Shown here in pieces: positions 10,235-18,383 of a stretch of DNA of 64,000 bases. Positions within the stretch are counted from its first letter, which is position 1; every line of letters begins with the position of its first letter. The notes under the pieces are model-generated. The model did no database searches. It saw only the letters and a list, made by a program, of their open reading frames with translations, and had not been told where the DNA came from. The position numbers and the translations under genes are program-made. The stretch covers positions 38,928-102,927 of the forward strand of contig CAYFGI010000001.1 of NCBI GenBank assembly GCA_964342785.1, given 5' to 3'. This DNA comes from an uncultured Thermoproteaceae archaeon. Its GTDB lineage: Archaea; Thermoproteota; Thermoprotei; Thermoproteales; Thermoproteaceae.

Positions 10235-11323
10235 TCAGCTCGACGCGATGACTGCGTTGTAGATACGCCAAGCCGCGGCGCAACCGCCGTTGGCGATCCC
10301 TACGGCTATATCGTATTGACCCGCCGACGGTGGGGAGAAGCCAAATGCGGCTAGGTCGTAGCTATAAGATGCGGTAAAGGCTCCTGGCACCTGCCAAATT
10401 ACTTTCAACGTGTCGCTGGACGCGTTGTAGATAACGTAAGTTGTCCAGATGGAGCCCGCCGGCCATATCTTGCCGGAGTTAAAGCCCGTGGGGACGACGG
10501 CGCCGAGCCCGCCCGTCGAGTTCATGATAGCCAGCTCTATCGACCCGTCCTCCTTCCCGTAATCGTAAGGGTTAAACTGGACGAATATCTGTAACGAACT
10601 GCCCGCGGGCACATAATCGGCTCCGCCGAAGGGCAGTATGCGCAGACCTTCGTCCGATGGAGCTACCAACGTCTTGGCGTCTTTCGGCACGAATAAAGAG
10701 ATGTATAGCCCATCTGCGAGACACGTAGATTCGTTGTAGCCCCATTCCACCTCCACGGCAAGGTAGCCTCCTCTCCAGTAGATGGGTATGGTCGTGTAGT
10801 TGTAGGAATTACCTACTGGGCTTAGCGACAAGGGGACTTGCGACGAATATACGTTCCCCGCCGGCATCTGGCCGCCATAGTCGTTCGGCTGAGCGGCCGC
10901 GAGAATTCCGTTCGTTATTCTCACGACGCTCTTCCCGCTTATGCCTAACAACGTAAAGCCGTACTCCCCCCGCGATGGAAACCACAGCTGGAAGGCGCAG
11001 GTGACGACGGATCCGGGGCCATATGGCTTGAGGAACCTAGCCGAGATGACGCCTAGCGATGTATCGCCCAGACAGTATAACGGCTTTGCGTACCATCTGG
11101 ATCCATCGGGCGCATTATACATCAAGGCTACTCCGTCTAAAGAGCCTCTTAGCACAGCGATGGACGCGATCAATACTCCGTTCTGCTCTGTTATAGTCGC
11201 CGAGGCGCTCAACGAGTTCATGCCGCCGATAGCTATGTTTATTACCGCAAACGCTAGGAGGGACGCGACCGCGATCGCCGCCCCTATTACCATGAACGAA
11301 GTTATGGAGATTTCTGCCTTCAT
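10235..11323 (-). CDS. pilin-like protein with C-terminal legume (L-type) lectin-like domain
   Basis: Start is MKAEISITSFMVIGAAIAVASLL, by ATGA overlap with the upstream stop at 11320-11323. Lectin-like blocks are CLADGLYISLFVPKD, LQIFVQFNPYDYGKEDGSIELAIMNS, TTYVIYNASSDTLKVIW and IAVGIANGG..AAWRIYN. Confidence 0.6.
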   Translation of the reverse strand: MKAEISITSFMVIGAAIAVASLLAFAVINIAIGGMNSLSASATITEQNGVLIASIAVLRGSLDGVALMYNAPDGSRWYAKPLYCLGDTSLGVISARFLKPYGPGSVVTCAFQLWFPSRGEYGFTLLGISGKSVVRITNGILAAAQPNDYGGQMPAGNVYSSQVPLSLSPVGNSYNYTTIPIYWRGGYLAVEVEWGYNESTCLADGLYISLFVPKDAKTLVAPSDEGLRILPFGGADYVPAGSSLQIFVQFNPYDYGKEDGSIELAIMNSTGGLGAVVPTGFNSGKIWPAGSIWTTYVIYNASSDTLKVIWQVPGAFTASYSYDLAAFGFSPPSAGQYDIAVGIANGGCAAAWRIYNAVIASS

Positions 11324-11790
11324 GAAATACATCTAACGACTAAGATTCTCCCCATGGATGACAGCACGCCCGTCGCGCAGCCCTTAGCCGCGCTCCAAGG
11401 CGGCGGGCACCAGAGGCCGGTATAGGGATCCGGCCCTATTTTGAGGGGATTCGTCGTCGAGATAGGTTCCCCGTTCAACAAGAAGGAGGAGTTATAGGTA
11501 CAGTTGTATCCTCCTGGCCACAAGTAGAATGTGGCGACCCAAGTGCCGTTTATGTTCCCCATCATGGCTGCGATATAGGGCGAGGGAGTTCCGGCGTCTA
11601 TAGCGATGAAAACGCCGCCAGAGCGGAACACATGTATCCAACGCGATGGGGCTCCCTGCGGTTGAGATAACGGCGCGATCTGCGCCCAATGGGGCAAAGA
11701 ACTTATTTTAAGTAAAGCGAATAGGAACAACACCGTTAATGCCGAGAAGAAGATCGCGGCGGCTACCAATGAAGTCACCTGGCCCTTCAT
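11320..11790 (-). CDS. pilin-like protein (class III signal peptide candidate)
   Basis: Start is MKGQVTSLVAAAIFFSALTVLFLFALL (K-G then a hydrophobic helix). ATGA overlaps lie at 11787-11790 and 11320-11323. The longer ORF-track N-terminus is Arg-rich and overlaps the upstream gene. Confidence 0.55.
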   Translation of the reverse strand: MKGQVTSLVAAAIFFSALTVLFLFALLKISSLPHWAQIAPLSQPQGAPSRWIHVFRSGGVFIAIDAGTPSPYIAAMMGNINGTWVATFYLWPGGYNCTYNSSFLLNGEPISTTNPLKIGPDPYTGLWCPPPWSAAKGCATGVLSSMGRILVVRCIS

Positions 11791-12110
11791 CTCAGAGGCG
11801 TTATATACAACTTCCCGTCTGGCGTGGTCCCTACGATCACCACACCGGGCACGCCCCCCACGGCGGGTCTCCCGCCCACGCGATAAATTCTCGATGCGGG
11901 GACGAAGAGACAGCCTATGACGCAACCGTCGGATGTGCACGAGATCTTCCCGAACGCCACAACGAGGAACGCCGAACCGTTGTGTTGAAGCGCCAACCTA
12001 GTCGCTTCGCATAAACTCCACGAGGTAGAGTTGGCGAGGGATGTAGACGCTAAAAGGATCGCTACGCTTGATATCATCAAGAACACCGCTATCTCTAAGA
12101 GCTCCTCCAT
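11787..12110 (-). CDS. small membrane-anchored protein of the pilin-like operon
   Basis: MEELLEIAVFLMISSVAILLASTSL has an acidic N-terminus and one TM segment. It starts 4 nt after the upstream stop. Confidence 0.5.
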   Translation of the reverse strand: MEELLEIAVFLMISSVAILLASTSLANSTSWSLCEATRLALQHNGSAFLVVAFGKISCTSDGCVIGCLFVPASRIYRVGGRPAVGGVPGVVIVGTTPDGKLYITPLR

Positions 12111-12114
12111 GGAA

Positions 12115-12393
12115 TTATCTACACGTTAGGTTCAACACGTTTATCGAAAGGCCGAAATGTAGCGATCTCGATATCTCGATCCAACTCCCGTTAACATAAA
12201 GCCAGCAGGTCATGCCCACCGTTATGTGCTTAAGGCTATTTAGATCGCCGTGTAGAGTGTAGTTATAGTACTGGGGCCAGTAACGATATATTGCGGATAG
12301 CGATGGCGAGGAGTATGTAACCGGTTGTATCAAGGCCAACACGGCTAACGCCAACGCCGTGATGACCACTATGACGTATACGTCTAGATCCAT
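12115..12393 (-). CDS. small membrane-anchored protein, first gene of the distal pilin-like operon
   Basis: N-terminus is MDLDVYVIVVITALALAVLALIQ. An AGGAGGGG Shine-Dalgarno-like tract lies just upstream of the ATG. Confidence 0.5.
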   Translation of the reverse strand: MDLDVYVIVVITALALAVLALIQPVTYSSPSLSAIYRYWPQYYNYTLHGDLNSLKHITVGMTCWLYVNGSWIEISRSLHFGLSINVLNLTCR

Positions 12394-12417
12394 ACCACCC
12401 CTCCTAGGTTGTTTCTC

Positions 12418-12705
12418 ATGGAAATCAAGGTTAGGTGTTACACGAGTCCTCTAAAGAGGGGCTGGGGGCTTATGTTGCGCAAACCAAAACCCGTCTTGTT
12501 AGTAGGCGTGAACTCCGTGCATGGCTTCTTCATGCTAGAGCCCATCTGGGCCGTGTTTTTAGGGTACGACATGAAGGTAATCGACGTCGTTCTGTTGAGG
12601 CCGTGGAGGCGCCACAAGGAGCCGGAGGCCAGGCACGTGTTAGAGCTACCTGCAGGAGAGAAGCCTCCCAAAAAAGGGGAATTTGTTAGGGTTGTTTGCC
12701 TTTAG
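12418..12705 (+). CDS. DUF192-like protein
   Basis: LKRGWGLMLRKPK...HGFFMLEPIWAVFL...LLRPW...ARHVLELPAGE follows the DUF192 pattern (GLM.R ... FM..P ... P ... A.yVLElpaG). It lies antisense in the gap between two pilin genes. Confidence 0.6.
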   Translation: MEIKVRCYTSPLKRGWGLMLRKPKPVLLVGVNSVHGFFMLEPIWAVFLGYDMKVIDVVLLRPWRRHKEPEARHVLELPAGEKPPKKGEFVRVVCL

Positions 12706-13160
12706 GTCGCGCCTGCCGTGAATATACCTCTAGCCAGCTGTATAGTCCTGCCGCTCGAGTCGACTCCGTATATGACATAGCTGTACTGGACTCCATAAGT
12801 CAGATTGTTAAGCGTGAAGTAGCACACGGCGGACTGACCCGTGTAGAGCTGAAGGCTCGACGAAGGAGATTCCTGTAGCCCGTTGGTGCCGTTATAGTAG
12901 CACGTGCCGTTTATGGGCGGTCCCGGCGTCCCCCCTTGTTGCCAGTATTGTAGATATAACGCGTTGAGCTTGCCGTTAAGCACTTGAACCTCCACCGTCA
13001 TCACCTTACTGCCCACAGTGGCTATCACTTGGGCACGGGTGTTGGCGGAAGCCGATTGGCCCATGCGCATCATCGCCAGAGCTATTATTGCGGCGACCGC
13101 TATCACCACAGCTATTATGATCAACGCATCTATGCCCCCAGCTTGACCTTTTAACTTCAT
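12702..13160 (-). CDS. type IV pilin/archaellin-like protein (candidate major subunit)
   Basis: MKLKGQAGGIDALIIIAVVIAVAAIIAL closely resembles archaellin/archaeal pilin class III signal peptides (K-G-Q then a GI(D/G)xLI hydrophobic helix). An alternative ATG lies at 13175. Confidence 0.7.
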   Translation of the reverse strand: MKLKGQAGGIDALIIIAVVIAVAAIIALAMMRMGQSASANTRAQVIATVGSKVMTVEVQVLNGKLNALYLQYWQQGGTPGPPINGTCYYNGTNGLQESPSSSLQLYTGQSAVCYFTLNNLTYGVQYSYVIYGVDSSGRTIQLARGIFTAGAT

Positions 13161-13165
13161 GTAAG

Positions 13166-13690
13166 TTATGAACATTTCAACAAGATCACAACGACCGGAA
13201 GGGGCGAGCTGTTCATCGAGGTGGAGGTCTCCGAGATCTTATATCCGCCCGAGCAAGTAGGATATACGTAGTACAGAGTCCCGTTCGAGAAATAGGGAGG
13301 GATCACCGCGGCGCTTCCGACGAGCAACGTGTTGTTCTCAGCAGTGTAGTACGCCCCATATACAGGGGAGGCGTTCGCGCCGAGCGAGACGGAGTATAGC
13401 CACCCCTCAGGCGGTATACACATACTACATCCAGGAGGCGAGGGGCCGGGCATTAAGACATAGCTCGTTCCCCTCGCCTCGTAGTGCACCCTCACGGCGT
13501 ATATAGGGGTGTAGTCTGGAAGCGCGATAGGTCTCAATGCCGTGATCGCCGTAGCGGCCTCGAGAGCTGGATACGACGCCCTAGTTCCGTAGAGAACGCG
13601 ATACGAGAATAAAGCCGCCATGGCTATCACGGCCAGCGCAGCGGCCATCGTCACGATCTGTTTTAAGGACCAGTAGCCCTTCACGCCCAT
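13166..13690 (-). CDS. pilin-like protein (class III signal peptide candidate)
   Basis: N-terminus is MGVKGYWSLKQIVTMAAALAVIAMAALF, with N-x-S/T sequons further on. It overlaps the platform gene end by 10 nt. Confidence 0.6.
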   Translation of the reverse strand: MGVKGYWSLKQIVTMAAALAVIAMAALFSYRVLYGTRASYPALEAATAITALRPIALPDYTPIYAVRVHYEARGTSYVLMPGPSPPGCSMCIPPEGWLYSVSLGANASPVYGAYYTAENNTLLVGSAAVIPPYFSNGTLYYVYPTCSGGYKISETSTSMNSSPLPVVVILLKCS

Positions 13691-14904
13691 AGGGACCAGA
13701 GCGATATGACTAAATAGTAAAACGACGTGCCGGCCGCGCCCCCAGCCAGAAGGCCCGCCCAGCTCCCTCTGGACGGCAACAACACGACGGCGATGAAGCT
13801 GGCTACCATAAGGGATAACAACTGGGCGGTTGTGTATTCCACCTCGTAGGGGGGAAGCGGCGATAACACCGTCTGGCCCGTGGAGGGCACTAGCTGCAAC
13901 GCGGCTGTGGATATAGCTAGGGAATAGACCAATATAATCGAGGCGGCTAGATACACGGCGATGAATATAGCGGTCAACGAAGTGACTCTCTTAAGCCCTC
14001 TCTCCCTCTCGCTGAGGAGCGTCTGTATTAGATCGACCGCTTCGAGGCTGGGCCCCGCCCAGCTGATCGCGTTGAACATAGCCCTGGCTAGGTTGAACAT
14101 AAGGGATGGTATCTCGTAGAAATAGGCCACCATCCACGCGGTCTTGTAGGTAGAGGAGACCTCTCTCAGCGCCAAGTCGGCTGGGACTCCTTGCGATATA
14201 CGCGACGCGAAATCTCTCAGCATAGCTGGTATCTCGTGGGGAAGCTTGAACCACCCGATTCGTTTCTTGTACGCCAGCCACGCCAGCAGGACGGCGCCCG
14301 ACACGAGGATCCCCACGGTGAGCGGGAGACCCCAGAGAGACGAGATGTAAACGGCCAGGGAGCCTGCCGCCAAAGCCATCGGCAAGGCGGGGCCGTAGAC
14401 CTTAACCGGCGAGAGATCCTTAGGCATAGCCCTGTATATCAGAAGCCCTACGAGCAACGAGAAGAGACCCGCCATGGCTAACAACGAATACATGTCGATC
14501 GGCAACAAGCCATAGGCGTAGAGGAAAAGAAGTAAAAGCGGCGCGAACATCAAGCTCGATAACGACGAAAAAAGCCCGAGGAATTGCTGCATCGAGGCCT
14601 CGAGGCGGCCCAGCGCTATCGATTTAATCGATTGGAGGAAGGACTGGACTAAGACTTGTTTAGGCACCCCGCCCTCCTCTTGAGATGTCGCGAACCCGTA
14701 CTGCCTCACTACGGCAAGTTTGTCGGAGGAAAGCACCGCAGCTGGATTAGGCGTGAGGCTCGCCAGGAGTAGCTCGCGTGAATGTTTCTCGTCTATATCG
14801 CTGGTGGTCGCCGCCGTACGTCTTAATGCCTCGGCCGAGGAGAGATGTTGGAGATATGTGGCGAAGATAGGGGCTATGTTTATGTAGAATTCCTCTCGGT
14901 TCAT
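13681..14904 (-). CDS. TadC/FlaJ/PilC-like (T2SSF-type) polytopic membrane platform protein
   Basis: 407 aa with multiple TM helices. The cytoplasmic segment EIPAMLRDFASRISQGVPADLALREV resembles the T2SSF domain motif. There is an ATGA overlap with the upstream gene. Confidence 0.7.
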   Translation of the reverse strand: MNREEFYINIAPIFATYLQHLSSAEALRRTAATTSDIDEKHSRELLLASLTPNPAAVLSSDKLAVVRQYGFATSQEEGGVPKQVLVQSFLQSIKSIALGRLEASMQQFLGLFSSLSSLMFAPLLLLFLYAYGLLPIDMYSLLAMAGLFSLLVGLLIYRAMPKDLSPVKVYGPALPMALAAGSLAVYISSLWGLPLTVGILVSGAVLLAWLAYKKRIGWFKLPHEIPAMLRDFASRISQGVPADLALREVSSTYKTAWMVAYFYEIPSLMFNLARAMFNAISWAGPSLEAVDLIQTLLSERERGLKRVTSLTAIFIAVYLAASIILVYSLAISTAALQLVPSTGQTVLSPLPPYEVEYTTAQLLSLMVASFIAVVLLPSRGSWAGLLAGGAAGTSFYYLVISLWSLWA

Positions 14905-15314
14905 CTACGCTTGAATAGTTGCAGTACGCTTTTCTTGGCGCCGTTTTCCTCTACCACGAAGTATTCGGGCGCCTCTAGCACCTTTATGAGGTGACCTAAT
15001 ATGTGGCTTCTTCTGACCGAGTTGTTCGCCGCTATGGGTAATTCCTCCATTATCTGGGACGGCGTCAGACCTGCCTTGTGCCTTTTGATTATATAGTCCA
15101 CGACGGTAGATAGGGAGAAGCCCTTATCCATGACCTCCTTAACCACCAGCCAGTCGGCAGGAGTCAAGGCGATCCCCTCCTTCTCTAGCTTCTTCGCGGC
15201 CGATATAAGCCTCGAGGGCCTTACGCCGATAGTTTTCGCTATATCGCACAACTCCTCCGCCGCCTCTCTTGTGTAGCCCTCCTCTATCAACTTCCTGCAC
15301 TCGTTCATTTGCAT
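14901..15314 (-). CDS. hypothetical soluble helical protein of the filament locus
   Basis: 137 aa with no recognised motif. It is translationally coupled on both sides. Confidence 0.5.
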   Translation of the reverse strand: MQMNECRKLIEEGYTREAAEELCDIAKTIGVRPSRLISAAKKLEKEGIALTPADWLVVKEVMDKGFSLSTVVDYIIKRHKAGLTPSQIMEELPIAANNSVRRSHILGHLIKVLEAPEYFVVEENGAKKSVLQLFKRR

Positions 15315-15568
15315 CTCTCCAGAAGCGATATAGCCAGCCTAGCCACCACGCCGGCATCTCCCTCGGTCTTAGCCACCTCCTTGAGCACTGCCTTCAGAAG
15401 ATCGCCGTTAAGCATATCCACTACCTCGCGGGGCGCCTTCTCCAACGATTTAAGGAACGAGAGAGCCCAATCGTCCTTGTCTATCTTCTCAACGATGGAC
15501 AGGGGTCCGGCTAGATCTAGGCCTAGGTCGTCCTCTCCGTTGTTTTTCTCCTTGACTTTAAGCTTCAT
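15305..15568 (-). CDS. hypothetical small acidic protein of the filament locus
   Basis: I start it at MKLKVKEKNNGEDD (ATG 15568). The upstream ORF-track extension has no support. Confidence 0.4.
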   Translation of the reverse strand: MKLKVKEKNNGEDDLGLDLAGPLSIVEKIDKDDWALSFLKSLEKAPREVVDMLNGDLLKAVLKEVAKTEGDAGVVARLAISLLERCK

Positions 15569-15765
15569 GTAAATTACCTTGCCTCCAGACGGTTGGAGCT
15601 TCCCTTGGGCTTGGCCGGTGTCTGCCCCTAGATGAGGGCTTGCGCCTACACGCCAACAGTTAAGCCACAGAGACAAATATGTGGGTTAAGCGGAGCGGCT
15701 AGGCCAGGAGAGATGAATTTGTTAATGACGAGCCGCTCGATGAAATGAACAAGACGCCAATGCCG

Positions 15766-17343
15766 TCATTTTTCCTGACTGTACCCGAACCTAAGGGCTT
15801 CGTCTACTATCGAGATCTTCCTACGGGAGAATATCTTCAATAAAGCCTCGCGGGCCTCCAGAGGTTCCAGCTCCTTAGAGGCCACGGCCTTGAGGAGGCC
15901 AGCCCTAAGCCTTATCTCGTCGACGATCTTAGTATCGTAGGTCGCCTTGGTGTATACGTTTAGTAACGTCAAGACGTCGGCGGCGGATCCCTCCACGACC
16001 TCGCCTTTTTCTGCTATCAACGCCCTCCATTCCTTCAGGTAACGCACGCCCCCCGAGGCCCCGAGCTGTAGTATCATGGTGTTGGCCAAGGCCTCCACGG
16101 GGGCGCCCGATCTAGTTATACGGAGTAACGCATCGTGTATAGTATCGGCGTGCATAGTCGTGAGACCGCCGTGACCGGTCAGTTTATACGAAACCAACGT
16201 GTTAAGTTCTTGGCTCGTCCTTGCCTCCGCGAGCGCAACCACCGTGGCCATGGTGCCGTATCGAAGGGCTTGATCGAGGGCATCTGCGAGTTTAGACTCG
16301 GAGGGCACCGATATGTGGAGGATCTGGTTCTCCAGAGGAGCCCATATCTCCCTAGCCCCTCTCTCCACGACCACCACTTGGTACCATGGAGGTATGAAGT
16401 AGAGCAATAAATTCAGTTGGGTGGTCTTCCCAGTGCCCATAGCCCCCGAGAAGATGACGGTCCATCGGGCCTCTGCCGCTATGGTGGCTAGGGCGAACAC
16501 CTCGAGACCGGAGAGATAGTACCCCTCCATCCGCTCCGTCGAGGCCTTGGGCCCCTGGGGAGGCTCGTATACGTTTATAAGCCCTCTGGACGGCCGCGGC
16601 GCTTCGCTCATTTTCCTTACGTTGACATTGTACTCAAGTAGATCCGCCGCTATGCGTATCCTGTAGACTGGGTCCTCCCTGGTCTGGAAGGGCCTCTCGA
16701 GAGTCAAGCCTGGTATCAACTTCTTCACCAATATCGGCATGAAGGCCTCGGGGATCACCACGTTGGTGAGCATACGCGCCTCGTTGCGCACCGCAACCAC
16801 GCGCCTAAAACGGCCGAGCTCCACCATCTCGGCGTATATCTTGTCGAGAAGCTCCGTCGGGTTTTTCGGCAACTCCGTCCACCTCCCGGGGGGCGCCAGA
16901 GGCTGAGGTACTACTATCTCGGTCAATAGATCGTCTCTCATCAAGGCCTCCAACACGCCGTAGCCTCCAAAATCGCCATGTCCGGTCCAACGATCCAACA
17001 GGTAATGAACTAACTCTCTGTGCTCTCTATACGTCCTCAAGGCGTTTCTATACCACCGCCATCCCCCGACCCCCCGGCTAGGCGACAGCGCAACTAAGGC
17101 ATCTTTGACGGCCTTGTCGTACTCCCCATAGTCAGGCGGCACCGCGCCGCGCATAACCACCAGCGCTAGGGCTTTTTCCAATAGATCTGGCAATTGGGGA
17201 TCTGCGACAACGTATTCGCCGTCCTCAGTTATACAGAGATCCGTGGCGTAGTTACGGTAGACTATTACCCCTCTCTTGGCTAGAAGACATCTATCCAACA
17301 GAGATCTATCCGTCTTTGCGATTAACGCGCCCGCAAGAGACAT
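15766..17343 (-). CDS. type II/IV secretion-family ATPase (FlaI/VirB11/TadA-like), divergent
   Basis: Walker A is FSGAMGTGKTTQLN. Asp-box-like VVVVERGAREIW, Walker B-like ATVVALAEARTSQE and His-box-like TGHGGLTTMHAD follow. The N-terminal domain of about 290 aa is unassigned. Confidence 0.85.
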   Translation of the reverse strand: MSLAGALIAKTDRSLLDRCLLAKRGVIVYRNYATDLCITEDGEYVVADPQLPDLLEKALALVVMRGAVPPDYGEYDKAVKDALVALSPSRGVGGWRWYRNALRTYREHRELVHYLLDRWTGHGDFGGYGVLEALMRDDLLTEIVVPQPLAPPGRWTELPKNPTELLDKIYAEMVELGRFRRVVAVRNEARMLTNVVIPEAFMPILVKKLIPGLTLERPFQTREDPVYRIRIAADLLEYNVNVRKMSEAPRPSRGLINVYEPPQGPKASTERMEGYYLSGLEVFALATIAAEARWTVIFSGAMGTGKTTQLNLLLYFIPPWYQVVVVERGAREIWAPLENQILHISVPSESKLADALDQALRYGTMATVVALAEARTSQELNTLVSYKLTGHGGLTTMHADTIHDALLRITRSGAPVEALANTMILQLGASGGVRYLKEWRALIAEKGEVVEGSAADVLTLLNVYTKATYDTKIVDEIRLRAGLLKAVASKELEPLEAREALLKIFSRRKISIVDEALRFGYSQEK

Positions 17344-17344
17344 C

Positions 17345-18046
17345 TTACTCCTTTATCCGTTTGACCAGAAGCGAGATGGCCTCCTTGTTCTTCCTATCGC
17401 TGAGGATCGCCTTGTAGATCCCCTCGGCGGAATAATCGGATGGCATCTTAACCCTTGTGAGGAACGCGTTCACCATCTTTATGCCCGGCGTTTTCTCATC
17501 GCCCTTCTCGAGCATATTAGCGACTACGAGAGAAGCGTATCGCATATATCTGCCGTATATCTGCATCTTGATGTCGGCTATCTTCGTGACTATCCTCCTG
17601 TCAGCAACGAAGTACATTAAGGCCTTGAGCTTACGCTGAAAGGCCTCCAACCACGTCAACTGCATGGCCTTAGGAGTATCGACGATTATCGTGTCGACGG
17701 GAAGACGCTCCTCGGCAACGGCGTCCGGAAGAGCCGTGAGTACCTCGAACAAAGCGTCGAAAAGATCCGCGTCGCCTATCTTGCCGGATTGGTAGAGGAC
17801 GGCCGCCTCGTAACCCGGCACCACGTAGAGGTTCGGCTTAACTTTATGCACGTACATATCCTTGCCGTAACTGCCGGCGAGCCATCCGGGCTTCTTGGGG
17901 ACGCTGAATATAGATGAAAGATCCGCCTTCTCCCAATCGGCGTCCACTATTAACACCCTCTCCTTCTCGAAGGCCGTGGCCACGGCCAGCGTGGTCTTCC
18001 CAACGCCGCCGTCCACCGAATAAATGACGGCGAATTTAGTCCTCAT
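17345..18046 (-). CDS. ParA/MinD-family P-loop ATPase (TadZ/FlhG-like role possible)
   Basis: I start it at MRTKFAVIYSVDGGVGKTTLAV. This is a deviant Walker A with Asp where the signature Lys normally sits. VLIVDAD follows. The stop is 1 nt from the ATPase ATG. Confidence 0.75.
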   Translation of the reverse strand: MRTKFAVIYSVDGGVGKTTLAVATAFEKERVLIVDADWEKADLSSIFSVPKKPGWLAGSYGKDMYVHKVKPNLYVVPGYEAAVLYQSGKIGDADLFDALFEVLTALPDAVAEERLPVDTIIVDTPKAMQLTWLEAFQRKLKALMYFVADRRIVTKIADIKMQIYGRYMRYASLVVANMLEKGDEKTPGIKMVNAFLTRVKMPSDYSAEGIYKAILSDRKNKEAISLLVKRIKE

Positions 18047-18383
18047 GGAATAACTTATCCATCGCGTTGAGCCTATAGGCCGCCATGTAGGCCTCGACGA
18101 ATTCAATTATCCTATCGAGCGCAACGCGTAACGTCTCCTCCGACGCTGACGTTATCACGGTCGAGGTCCTCCAGCCTATCTTGGCGGCGACAGGGGGGCT
18201 CATCGATATGTAGACAACGATAGAATCGTCGTACGGGTTCACGGCCATCTTGTAGCCGTCGATATACTCGACGACGGTCCTCTTTAAATGTAGGGGTGAT
18301 CCTCTATATTTGATCTCAGCCTTATATCTTCCCCTCCCGATGCCCACAAGGCGCACCTCGAAGTCGCCTCGTCTATACCTCAT
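18036..18383 (-). CDS. hypothetical protein of the filament locus
   Basis: 115 aa. It overlaps both neighbours by 11 nt. No motif recognised. Confidence 0.45.
   Translation of the reverse strand: MRYRRGDFEVRLVGIGRGRYKAEIKYRGSPLHLKRTVVEYIDGYKMAVNPYDDSIVVYISMSPPVAAKIGWRTSTVITSASEETLRVALDRIIEFVEAYMAAYRLNAMDKLFHED

Noticed and set aside
15720-15780. AUGACGA ... CUGA on the plus strand as a C/D box sRNA.
   Set aside because: The C box is imperfect, there are no sensible D'/C' boxes, and the D box lies within the stop region of the ATPase gene.
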